NCBI GenBank assembly: GCA_038321865.1
Contig: JBBQFH010000019.1
Location: 1 to 55,240 of the forward strand
From: Gemmatimonadales bacterium
Lineage (GTDB): Bacteria; Gemmatimonadota; Gemmatimonadetes; Gemmatimonadales; GWC2-71-9
Length of the DNA stretch: 55,240 nt
Direction: 5' to 3'
The translations under genes were made by a program, and so were the position numbers. The notes under the pieces are model-generated. The model did no database searches, was not told where the DNA came from, and worked only from the letters and a program-made list of their open reading frames with translations. How positions within the stretch are numbered: position 1 is the first letter of the stretch; each line of letters begins with the position of its first letter. Below, piece by piece: positions 18,779 through 26,705 of the stretch.

Positions 18779-19846
18779 ATGCCGGCTTCCACGCTGCTCA
18801 CCCGCTTGGCGCTCGCCGCGCTCGCGCCGCTCGCGTGCGCACGGGGCACGAGTTCCATTCCCGCCCCATCGACACCGACTCATGTGACGCAGATCAGCGG
18901 CACCAGCGTGTTGCTGCAGGCCGTGAGCGCCGTGAGCGAGCGCGTGGTCTGGGTCAGCGGCCATTCGGCGACCTACGCACGAACCCTCGATGGCGGAGCG
19001 ACCTGGCAGGCCGCTCGCGTACCCGGACCCGACACCACCCTTCAGTTCCGGGACGTGTACGCGGTGGACGGGAGCACGGCGTATCTCATGAGCGCGGGGA
19101 ACGGTGCCGCCTCGCGGATCTACAAGACAACCGACGGCGGGCGGAGCTGGGCGCTGCAGTTCACCAACACCGATCCCAAGGCGTTCTACGACTGCATGGA
19201 CTTCTGGGACGCCGACCACGGTGTGGCCATGAGCGACGAAGTCGGCGGGAAGGTGATCGTGCTGACGACCACGGATGGCGGTGCCCACTGGGTGCATCCG
19301 GCGACGCTGCCCGACGCCCAGCCGAATGAAGGCGGGTTCGCCGCGAGCGGCACCTGTCTGGTGACCCGGCCGGGTGGCCATGCCTGGATCGGCACCGGCA
19401 ACGCCGCACAGGCCAGGTTGCTTCACTCGAGCGACCGCGGGTGGACCTGGTCGGCGAGCGCCACCCCGCTCGCGGCCGGCGAAGGGATCGGCATCACCTC
19501 GGTCAGCTTCCGCGATCTGCAGAACGGCATCGTGTTCGGCGGGAACGTCGGCGACAACAACCTGCGCGGCGATGTCGCGGCGGTCACGCACGACGGCGGG
19601 AAAACCTGGATGCTGGCAGGACGCCCGCCATTCAGCGGCGCGATTTTCGGGGGCACCTACGTGCCCAGAGCGCGGACGCCCACGGTCGTCGCCGTCGGAC
19701 CGAAGGGAGCCGCCTGGTCGCGCGATGACGGCGCGACCTGGGCCGCCATCGACAGTGCCGCCTATTGGGCCGTCGGGTTCGCGTCGCCGAGTGCCGGCTG
19801 GGCGGTGGGGCCCCGGGGACGCATCGTGAAGCTGTCAGGCTTCTAG
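18779..19846 (+). CDS. BNR/Asp-box beta-propeller lipoprotein (YCF48-like)
   Basis: Repeated T.DGG.(T/S)W boxes; FAASGT; lipobox LAC. Confidence 0.88.
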   Translation: MPASTLLTRLALAALAPLACARGTSSIPAPSTPTHVTQISGTSVLLQAVSAVSERVVWVSGHSATYARTLDGGATWQAARVPGPDTTLQFRDVYAVDGSTAYLMSAGNGAASRIYKTTDGGRSWALQFTNTDPKAFYDCMDFWDADHGVAMSDEVGGKVIVLTTTDGGAHWVHPATLPDAQPNEGGFAASGTCLVTRPGGHAWIGTGNAAQARLLHSSDRGWTWSASATPLAAGEGIGITSVSFRDLQNGIVFGGNVGDNNLRGDVAAVTHDGGKTWMLAGRPPFSGAIFGGTYVPRARTPTVVAVGPKGAAWSRDDGATWAAIDSAAYWAVGFASPSAGWAVGPRGRIVKLSGF

Positions 19847-19863
19847 CGCACCAGCACTCCGCC

Positions 19864-20028
19864 TCATGCATGCTTCTTCGGGCGCAGGCGCGACTGCCGG
19901 CCGGCAGTATGCGAGCGGGTGACGGCGGAGAGCAGGCGGGGCAGCGCGCCGAGGAGGGAAACCCCGAGCGCAGCCCAGGCGGCGATATCAGCGGAAATTG
20001 GCAGCTGGACTCTCGACAGGTATGGCAT
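19864..20028 (-). CDS. Putative 54-aa membrane peptide (MPYLSRVQLPISADIAAWAALGVSLLGALPRLLSAVTRSHTAGRQSRLRPKKHA)
   Basis: ATG-to-TGA frame fills the intergenic gap directly downstream of a near-consensus leftward promoter; hydrophobic core and basic tail; no clear SD. Confidence 0.5.
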   Translation of the reverse strand: MPYLSRVQLPISADIAAWAALGVSLLGALPRLLSAVTRSHTAGRQSRLRPKKHA

Positions 20029-20041
20029 GTGGCATTACCAT
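20013..20041 (+). promoter_or_regulatory. Putative rightward sigma70 promoter for the XRE gene
   Basis: TCGACA (20013-18), N17, TACCAT (20036-41). Confidence 0.6.
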
Positions 20042-20084
20042 TATTACGCGTGCCATAGTATGGCATGTGCAACACCACATGTCA
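20020..20084. promoter_or_regulatory. Operator-like repeat array
   Basis: Direct repeat GTATGGCATGTG (20020-31, 20058-69); palindrome TGCCATA-G-TATGGCA (20051-65); inverted repeat TGGCATGTG-N6-CACATGTCA (20061-84). Confidence 0.7.
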
Positions 20085-20085
20085 A
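20057..20085 (-). promoter_or_regulatory. Putative leftward sigma70 promoter
   Basis: Minus strand TTGACA (20085-80), N17, CATACT (20062-57) with an extended -10 TG. Confidence 0.7.
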
Positions 20086-20094
20086 GGAGCCGTG

Positions 20095-20619
20095 ATGATG
20101 GCGACGAAGTCGCTGGCAGATAAAGGTTTGCGTGAGGCGATCGGGACATGGCTCCGGCAGGCCATGGATGGCTCCGGGCTCAATCAGACCACCTTGGCCC
20201 AGCGATCTGGTGTCGCGCGCGAGACGATCTGGCGGCTGCTGCATGGACGGACCGACGCCAGCGAGTGGACGTTGCGGCGCCTCGCCGAGGCGATGGGGCG
20301 AGTCGTGCCCGAAGGGGTGTACAAGGAGCGGGGGGAGCCGGCATTCTCCCGGCGGACCGATGCGCCGCCGGCACCAGCTGGCTGGCTCTTCGGCGACCCG
20401 GCCGAGGCGGAAGATCAGTTTCTCACCTTCCTGCGCAACATCGAGCGGACGACTCGTGCGATGATCGGAAATCCCGATCTGTTTTCCAGCGAGGAGAACC
20501 GGATCAACCAGCTGGCGGTCTGCCGTGCCGCGATGCGCTCGGCCGAGCTGGCCGGCCGGCCCGTACCCGCGTGGCTCACCAGGATCTACAACGAGGTCAT
20601 CGGTGGCACGTTCCGCTGA
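20095..20619 (+). CDS. XRE/Cro-CI family HTH regulator with an unrecognised C-terminal domain
   Basis: AAGGAG RBS; LNQTTLAQRSGVARETIWRLLHG...TLRRLAEAMG. Confidence 0.88.
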   Translation: MMATKSLADKGLREAIGTWLRQAMDGSGLNQTTLAQRSGVARETIWRLLHGRTDASEWTLRRLAEAMGRVVPEGVYKERGEPAFSRRTDAPPAPAGWLFGDPAEAEDQFLTFLRNIERTTRAMIGNPDLFSSEENRINQLAVCRAAMRSAELAGRPVPAWLTRIYNEVIGGTFR

Positions 20620-21064
20620 GGACCGGGCGGTCCTCATTTCGACGCGACAGCTGCTCGCGCGGGTGCGCGAGGCGACCGGGCTCGCGTACGCGGATGACAC
20701 CTGGAGTCCGATCAGCGACATCACGCTCGCCATCATCGCCCGGCAGATGGGAGGCGTGATCGTGCAGGAGGAGCTCGGCGCCAATACGCAGGAGATCGGC
20801 GTGCCCGGCTATTTCGGACCTCCCGCGATCGTCATCAACCGGCTGATTCCCGCCGGCTTCCGCCGGCTCGCCCTGCGGCATGGCCTGGCTCATCTCGCGG
20901 CGGGCGAGCTGGACGTGGGGGAGGGGAGCGAGGTGCGGTTCATGTCGAGCATTCTGGATTACGACACGCTGGAGGAGCGCCGCTACGCGACCGACTGGCC
21001 GGCGCGCCGGGTACGGGACCGCGCCCGGCTTCGCGTCGAGCTCTATGCCGGGAGGCGCGACTGA
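20603..21064 (+). CDS. ImmA/IrrE-like metallopeptidase homolog with degenerate HGLAH motif
   Basis: GAGG then GTG overlapping the XRE stop; PAIVINRL...RRLALRHGLAHL...EERR resembles ImmA I.IN...R.RFTLAHELGH...E. Confidence 0.65.
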   Translation: MARSAEDRAVLISTRQLLARVREATGLAYADDTWSPISDITLAIIARQMGGVIVQEELGANTQEIGVPGYFGPPAIVINRLIPAGFRRLALRHGLAHLAAGELDVGEGSEVRFMSSILDYDTLEERRYATDWPARRVRDRARLRVELYAGRRD

Positions 21065-21162
21065 CCCGAAGGCGTAGTCTCACGGACGCGGCTTGTCGGC
21101 GCCGAGGTCCGGGCCCATCCTTCGCGGGCTCGGCGGCGACCAATTCCAGGTGAAAGGGCCCG

Positions 21163-21861
21163 ATGCGTCCGCGACATGTTGAGCAGCACCGCACCGAGCG
21201 GATCGGCTGGCTCCGCGCCGGCGTGCTCGGCGCCAACGATGGCATCGTCTCGACGGCGAGCCTGGTGCTCGGTGTCGCGACTGCGGAGGCGAGCCGCTCG
21301 GCCGTGCTGATCGCCGGGGTGGCCGGGCTGGTGGCCGGCGCGATGTCCATGGCCGCCGGAGAGTATGTCTCGGTGAGCTCCCAGGCCGACACCGAGCGAG
21401 CCGATCTCGAACGCGAACGCGGCGAGCTGGCCGCCGACTCCGCAGCCGAGCAGCAGGAGCTCAGGCAGATCTACGTCGACCGCGGCCTGACGGCCGAGCT
21501 GGCCGATCAGGTGGCCTGCCAGCTCATGGCCGGCGACGCGCTGGCCGCGCATGCACGGGACGAGCTCGGTATCACCCATGCGCTCCGTGCCCGGCCGGTG
21601 CAGGCGGCGCTGACTTCCGCATTCACGTTCGCGGTCGGCGCGGCCGTGCCGCTCGTCGTCGCCGTCCTTGTGGCGGCACACTGGCTCGTCCCTGCGGTCG
21701 CCGGCGCGTCACTGCTCTGCCTCGGATCGCTCGGCGCACTGGCGGCCCACACCGGCGGCGCGCGACCACTTGCCGGTGCCGCGCGCGTCCTGTTCTGGGG
21801 TGCGCTGGCGATGGGCATCACCGCGGGCATCGGCGCCCTGTTCGGGACCACCGCCACCTGA
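21163..21861 (+). CDS. VIT1/CCC1 Fe/Mn transporter
   Basis: LRAGVLGANDGIVS, SMAAGEYVSVSSQ, HARDELG. Confidence 0.95.
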   Translation: MRPRHVEQHRTERIGWLRAGVLGANDGIVSTASLVLGVATAEASRSAVLIAGVAGLVAGAMSMAAGEYVSVSSQADTERADLERERGELAADSAAEQQELRQIYVDRGLTAELADQVACQLMAGDALAAHARDELGITHALRARPVQAALTSAFTFAVGAAVPLVVAVLVAAHWLVPAVAGASLLCLGSLGALAAHTGGARPLAGAARVLFWGALAMGITAGIGALFGTTAT

Positions 21862-21893
21862 GCGATCCATGACTCGACCAGCTGAAGGCAGAC

Positions 21894-22538
21894 ATGATTT
21901 CCGCCCGTGACGCACTGGACCGTCTCCGGGACGGCAACGAGCGCTTCGTGTCCGCCACCCGGAATCCGGACGCGCCGGCGACTGCGGCGCGCCGGCGCGA
22001 GGTCGCGGCGGCTCAGGAGCCGTTCGCCATCGTCCTGGGGTGTTCCGACTCCCGGGTACCCGCCGAGATCGTCTTCGACCAGGGGCTCGGCGATCTCTTC
22101 GTCATCCGGGTGGCCGGGAACATCGTCGCCCCGTCGCAGATCGGCAGCGTGGAATTCGCCGCGGAGCGATACGGGACGCGGCTCGTCGTCGTGCTCGGCC
22201 ACTCGAGCTGCGGTGCGATTCTGGCGACGCTCGAGGAGCTCAACCGCCCCACCGAGACCCAGTCCCGCAACCTGCGCTCGATCGTGGACCGGGTGCGGCC
22301 TTCGGTGGAGCCGCTCCTGGCGACGAACCTTCGGCACGATCCCGACGCCCTGGTACGGGATGCCGTCCGGGCCAATGTGCGGGTCTCCGCGGCCCACCTG
22401 CGACATGGGTCGGAGATTCTGGAGCAGCTGATCGAGCGTGACGGCCTCCTGATCGTCGGGGCCGAATATTCGCTCGAGACAGGGGTGGTGGACTTCTTCG
22501 ACGGGATGAACGAGGCCGGCGCGAAAGGGCGCCTCTGA
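21894..22538 (+). CDS. Beta-class carbonic anhydrase
   Basis: GCSDSRVP, GDLFVIRVAGN, GHSSCGA. Confidence 0.95.
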   Translation: MISARDALDRLRDGNERFVSATRNPDAPATAARRREVAAAQEPFAIVLGCSDSRVPAEIVFDQGLGDLFVIRVAGNIVAPSQIGSVEFAAERYGTRLVVVLGHSSCGAILATLEELNRPTETQSRNLRSIVDRVRPSVEPLLATNLRHDPDALVRDAVRANVRVSAAHLRHGSEILEQLIERDGLLIVGAEYSLETGVVDFFDGMNEAGAKGRL

Positions 22539-22650
22539 ATGCTCGACACGGGCACTGGAGTAGCCTGGTGATTGCCCTGCCGATCGGGTTCGGCATCGCG
22601 GCGCTGGCCGAGCTGTGGCACCTCCTGAGAGGGTAGGCGTGGGCCGGGAG

Positions 22651-23223
22651 ATGCGCGCGGGGCTGGTGGTCCGCCCGTTCCGGACACCGGCGGCGTGGCG
22701 GAAGTGGCTCGCGGCCAATCACGCGAAGTCGCCCGGAATCTGGATCGAGTTCGCGCGGAAGGATTCCGGAATCGCGTCGATCGACCACGCGCAGGCGCTG
22801 GACGTGGCGCTCGCCCACGGCTGGATCGATGGACAGGCGGCCGGGGTGGACGAGGTGCGCTGGCTCCAGCGGTTCACTCCACGCACCCCCCGGAGCAAGT
22901 GGTCGAAGATCAACTGCGCAAAGGCCGAGTCGCTGATCGTCTCCGGGGAGATGCATCCGGCGGGGCTGGCCCAGGTCGAGGCGGCGCGCGCCGATGGGCG
23001 CTGGGCGGCGGCGTACCATTCTCCGCGAAGCATCACGGTGCCCGACGACCTCCGCCAACGGCTCGACGCGAGCCCCCGTGCGGCGGCGAGCTTTGCCGGC
23101 CTCGACAGCCGGAACCGGTACGCCATTCTCTACCGGCTGCAGGACGCGAAGAAGCCGGAGACGAGGGCCCGGAGGCTGGAGCGGTTCGTCACCATGCTGG
23201 AGCGCGGGGAAACGCTGCACTGA
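22651..23223 (+). CDS. YdeI/OmpD-associated family protein
   Basis: WRKWLAANH, GWIDG, FTPR..RSKWSKIN, AKKPETRARR; start approximate. Confidence 0.9.
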   Translation: MRAGLVVRPFRTPAAWRKWLAANHAKSPGIWIEFARKDSGIASIDHAQALDVALAHGWIDGQAAGVDEVRWLQRFTPRTPRSKWSKINCAKAESLIVSGEMHPAGLAQVEAARADGRWAAAYHSPRSITVPDDLRQRLDASPRAAASFAGLDSRNRYAILYRLQDAKKPETRARRLERFVTMLERGETLH

Positions 23224-23288
23224 TGAGGGATCGCCGGCCGGCAGGGGCGTGCCCGGCGCGCCGCCGCGCAACGAATTAGAATTGCCGC

Positions 23289-24860
23289 ATGTCGACACCC
23301 CGAACGACCGACACCGAAACCGGCGAGCACCATTTTCTGGAGCGGGTCCGCGCTGCCGCCGATCTGCTTGAGGCGGTCGGCGCGGACCGCGGGCTGCTCG
23401 CCGCGGTGCCACCGGAAGAACGTCACCGCCTCTTCGCTGCCGCCGGCGTGGTCTACAATCCCGACACCGTGGCCCGCCGCCAGATGGTGAAGGCCATCAT
23501 CCGGGAGCGGAAAGCCGCCCGCGTGAGCCGCGAGGAGCGGGTGCTCTCCGGCACCGGTATCCGGACGCTGCGCCGGCAGACGGTGTTCACCACGCCGAAC
23601 GTGTTTCCGCCTGCCGGATTCGATCCGCAGGATAGGCACGCGGACCGGGAGGAGCGTGAGTCGCTCGAGCCGCAGCACTGCTATGTCTGCAAGCAGCGGT
23701 TCACCGCGATCCATCACTTCTACGACCAGCTCTGCCCGGCTTGCGCCGAGCTGAACTATGCCAAGCGCACCGAGCTGGCCGATCTGCGTGGCCGGGTCGC
23801 GCTCCTGACCGGTGGCCGGGTCAAGATCGGGTATCAGGCGGGGCTCAAGCTCCTGCGCGCCGGCGCCCAGCTCATCGTGACCACGCGCTTTCCGCGCGAT
23901 TCAGCGGCGCGCTACGCGCGGGAACCCGACTTCGGCGACTGGGCCGACCGCCTCGAGATCTTCGGACTCGATCTCCGCCATACGCCGAGCGTGGAGGCGT
24001 TCTGCAGGGAGCTGGTGGCCCGCCGCGACCGGCTGGATTTCATCATCAACAATGCCTGTCAGACGGTGCGTCGGCCGCCGGATTTCTACGAGCACATGAT
24101 GGAGGGGGAGACCGCGTCGCTCCACGCGATGCCGGTCGAGGTCCGGAAGCTGCTCGGCGCCTATGAGGGACTGCGCGGTTATCACATGCTGCCTGAGGGC
24201 AACCCCTCCACCGCCCCGGCGACGCTGGGGGCACGGCTGTCCGAGGTAGCGGGATTCACCCATGCAGCCGAGCTGTCACAGGTGCCGCTGCTGCCCGGGG
24301 AGCAACTGGCGCAGAAGGATCTGTTTCCCGAAGGCCGTCTCGACCAGGATCTGCAGCAGGTGGATCTCCGCGGGCGGAACTCGTGGCGGCTCCTGATGGC
24401 GGAGGTGCCGTCGGTCGAACTCCTGGAAGTGCAGCTGGTGAATGCCGTGGCGCCGTTCATCCTGAACGCGCGCCTCAAGCCGCTGATGCTGCGGACGCCG
24501 GGCCGCGAGAAGCACATCGTCAACGTCTCGGCGGTGGAGGGGCAGTTCTACCGGAAATTCAAGACGACCCGCCATCCGCACACCAACATGGCCAAGGCCG
24601 CGCTCAACATGATGACGCGCACCGCCGCGACCGATTATCACAGCGACGGCATCCACATGAACAGCGTCGACACCGGCTGGGTGACCGACGAGGATCCGGT
24701 CGAGATCGCGGCACGGAAGGTGGCCGAGCACCGGTTCCACCCCCCGCTCGATATCGTGGACGGCGCCGCGCGGATCGTGGATCCGATCATGTCCGGCCTC
24801 AACACCGGACGCCATGTGTGGGGCCAGTTCCTGAAGGACTACCAGCCCACGGACTGGTAG
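23289..24860 (+). CDS. Extended SDR oxidoreductase with zinc-ribbon N-terminal region
   Basis: CYVC...CPAC; TGGRVKIG; INNA; HPHTNMAK; DTGWV. Confidence 0.88.
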   Translation: MSTPRTTDTETGEHHFLERVRAAADLLEAVGADRGLLAAVPPEERHRLFAAAGVVYNPDTVARRQMVKAIIRERKAARVSREERVLSGTGIRTLRRQTVFTTPNVFPPAGFDPQDRHADREERESLEPQHCYVCKQRFTAIHHFYDQLCPACAELNYAKRTELADLRGRVALLTGGRVKIGYQAGLKLLRAGAQLIVTTRFPRDSAARYAREPDFGDWADRLEIFGLDLRHTPSVEAFCRELVARRDRLDFIINNACQTVRRPPDFYEHMMEGETASLHAMPVEVRKLLGAYEGLRGYHMLPEGNPSTAPATLGARLSEVAGFTHAAELSQVPLLPGEQLAQKDLFPEGRLDQDLQQVDLRGRNSWRLLMAEVPSVELLEVQLVNAVAPFILNARLKPLMLRTPGREKHIVNVSAVEGQFYRKFKTTRHPHTNMAKAALNMMTRTAATDYHSDGIHMNSVDTGWVTDEDPVEIAARKVAEHRFHPPLDIVDGAARIVDPIMSGLNTGRHVWGQFLKDYQPTDW

Positions 24861-24867
24861 CGCGGGC

Positions 24868-25380
24868 GTGATCATCGCCGAGACCGAACGGCTCAGCATC
24901 CGCCGGCTGACTGCGGCCGATGCGCCGTTCATGCTGGAGCTGCTCAACGAGCCGTCGTTTCTCCGCTTCATCGGCGACCGCGGAGTCCGCAGCGTTGAGG
25001 ACGCCGCCGCCTACATCCTCGCGGGCCCGGTTGCGAGTTATGAGCGGTTCGGCTTCGGCCTGTATCTGGTGCTGCTGAAGGGCGACGGGACGCCGGCCGG
25101 CATCTGCGGACTGCTCAAGCGTGACGCGCTCCCCGACGTCGATCTTGGCTTCGCCTTCGTGCCGCGGTGCTGGCGTCGCGGCTATGCGTCGGAATCAGCG
25201 GCCGCCGTGCTGGCGTACGGGCGCGACGTGCTCGGCCTTCGGCGGGTCGTCGCCATCTGCTCGCCCGACAACGACGCATCCATCGGGCTGCTGGAGAAGC
25301 TGGGGTTCCGCCGCGAGGGCCTGGTGCGGCTGAGCCCCGACGGGCCCGACACCGCACTGCTCGCCCTGGCGATCGAGTAG
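24868..25380 (+). CDS. GNAT (RimJ/RimL-like) acetyltransferase
   Basis: ETERL, RRGYASE, NDASIGLLEKLGF. Confidence 0.92.
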   Translation: MIIAETERLSIRRLTAADAPFMLELLNEPSFLRFIGDRGVRSVEDAAAYILAGPVASYERFGFGLYLVLLKGDGTPAGICGLLKRDALPDVDLGFAFVPRCWRRGYASESAAAVLAYGRDVLGLRRVVAICSPDNDASIGLLEKLGFRREGLVRLSPDGPDTALLALAIE

Positions 25381-25404
25381 CTCACCTCTACCGGAGGGCA
25401 CGAC

Positions 25405-25941
25405 ATGCAACGCCTGATCCGCTGCACGGCACTGCTGGTTCTGGCTGCCGCCCCGCTGCACGCGCAGGGCCGGAGGGCACCGGCGGCGGATCACGCCGTC
25501 GCCGCCGCCCGCGACCTGTGGCAGCAGTTGAGTGGGTACGTCACGCAGGCCGCGGAGGAGATGCCGGAGGCGAAGTACACCTACAAGCCGACACCGGAGG
25601 TCCGGAGCTTCGGACAGCTGATCGGCCACATCGCCGGCTCCCAGTACATGTTCTGCGCCGCCGCGCTCGGCGACAGCGCGCGGGCCGAGAACGATGTCGA
25701 GAAGACGAAGACCGCCAAGGCGGACCTGGTCGCCGCGATGAAGGCCTCCAACGAGTATTGCGCCCGTGCCTACCGGCAGAGCGACGCGGCGTCACGCCAG
25801 GGGCTACAGCTGTTCGGGCAGTCGCGGACCCGGCTGTACGCGCTCATGATCAACGCGACGCACGACGGGGAGCACTACGGGAATATCGTCACCTATCTCC
25901 GGCTCAACGGCATGGTGCCGCCATCCAGCCGAGGCCCGTGA
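25405..25941 (+). CDS. Exported DinB-family protein
   Basis: Signal peptide; KPTPEVRSFGQLIGH; H..EHYGNIVTYLRL.G.VPPSS. Confidence 0.9.
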   Translation: MQRLIRCTALLVLAAAPLHAQGRRAPAADHAVAAARDLWQQLSGYVTQAAEEMPEAKYTYKPTPEVRSFGQLIGHIAGSQYMFCAAALGDSARAENDVEKTKTAKADLVAAMKASNEYCARAYRQSDAASRQGLQLFGQSRTRLYALMINATHDGEHYGNIVTYLRLNGMVPPSSRGP

Positions 25942-25948
25942 GCCGGCG

Positions 25949-26410
25949 GTGAAGATCTGGATCGACGCTGACGCGGCACCGCGGGAGATGAAGGAGATCG
26001 TCTTCCGCGCCGCGCGGCGGCTGGGGATCGAGACGGTGCTCGTCGCCAATCAGCACCTGCAGACGCCGGCGGGGAATCCGCTGGTGAGCGCGGTCTGGGT
26101 CGACGGCGGTGCCGACGTGGCGGACCAGCACATCGTGGCTCACGCCGTGGCCGGTGACCTGGTCGTCACGCAGGACATTCCGCTTGCCGCGCTCCTGGCG
26201 CCCAATGGCGTCGCCGTGCTCGACCCGCGCGGTGACGAACATACCCACGAGAGCGTCGGAGAGCGGCTCTCGATCCGGGATTTCATGGAGGGACTTCGGG
26301 GCGCCGGAGTCGTGACCGGCGGCCCGCGGCCCTACGATGCCCGGGCCAAGCAGACGTTCGCCTCCGCGCTCGATCGGGTGCTCACGCGCCTCCGCCGGAC
26401 GACCGCGTGA
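25949..26410 (+). CDS. YaiI/YqxD (DUF188, PIN-like) protein
   Basis: IWIDADA, DVADQ, VVTQDIPLA, GGPRPY. Confidence 0.92.
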   Translation: MKIWIDADAAPREMKEIVFRAARRLGIETVLVANQHLQTPAGNPLVSAVWVDGGADVADQHIVAHAVAGDLVVTQDIPLAALLAPNGVAVLDPRGDEHTHESVGERLSIRDFMEGLRGAGVVTGGPRPYDARAKQTFASALDRVLTRLRRTTA

Positions 26411-26655
26411 TCCTGCAGATCATCTCACTGGTGGGTGCGTTCCTCATCCTTCTGCCCTTCGCGGCCAGCCAGATGGGTCGGCTCGCGGTCCGGAGCCGGC
26501 GCTATCAGGCCCTGAACCTGGCCGGTTCGAGCGCGCTTGCCCTCGTGGCCGTGGTGGAACGGCAGTACGGTTTCATCGTGCTGGAAGGGGTATGGGCGAT
26601 CATGAGCGCGGTCGGCCTGTGGCGCGTCGTGCGGAGGGGGTCCGGCTCGTCGTGA
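26407..26655 (+). CDS. Small three-TM protein (CBU_0592-like)
   Basis: YQALNLAGS, QYGFIVLEGVWA. Confidence 0.8.
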   Translation: MILQIISLVGAFLILLPFAASQMGRLAVRSRRYQALNLAGSSALALVAVVERQYGFIVLEGVWAIMSAVGLWRVVRRGSGSS

Positions 26656-26705
26656 GCGGCCGCAGCCTCCATTGCCCGGTGCGCCGCGCCAGTGTTGACT
26701 TCAGC

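Noticed and set aside
19847..21162. Intact prophage or ICE
   Set aside because: No integrase, structural, replication or conjugation genes, no tRNA, and no evident att repeats
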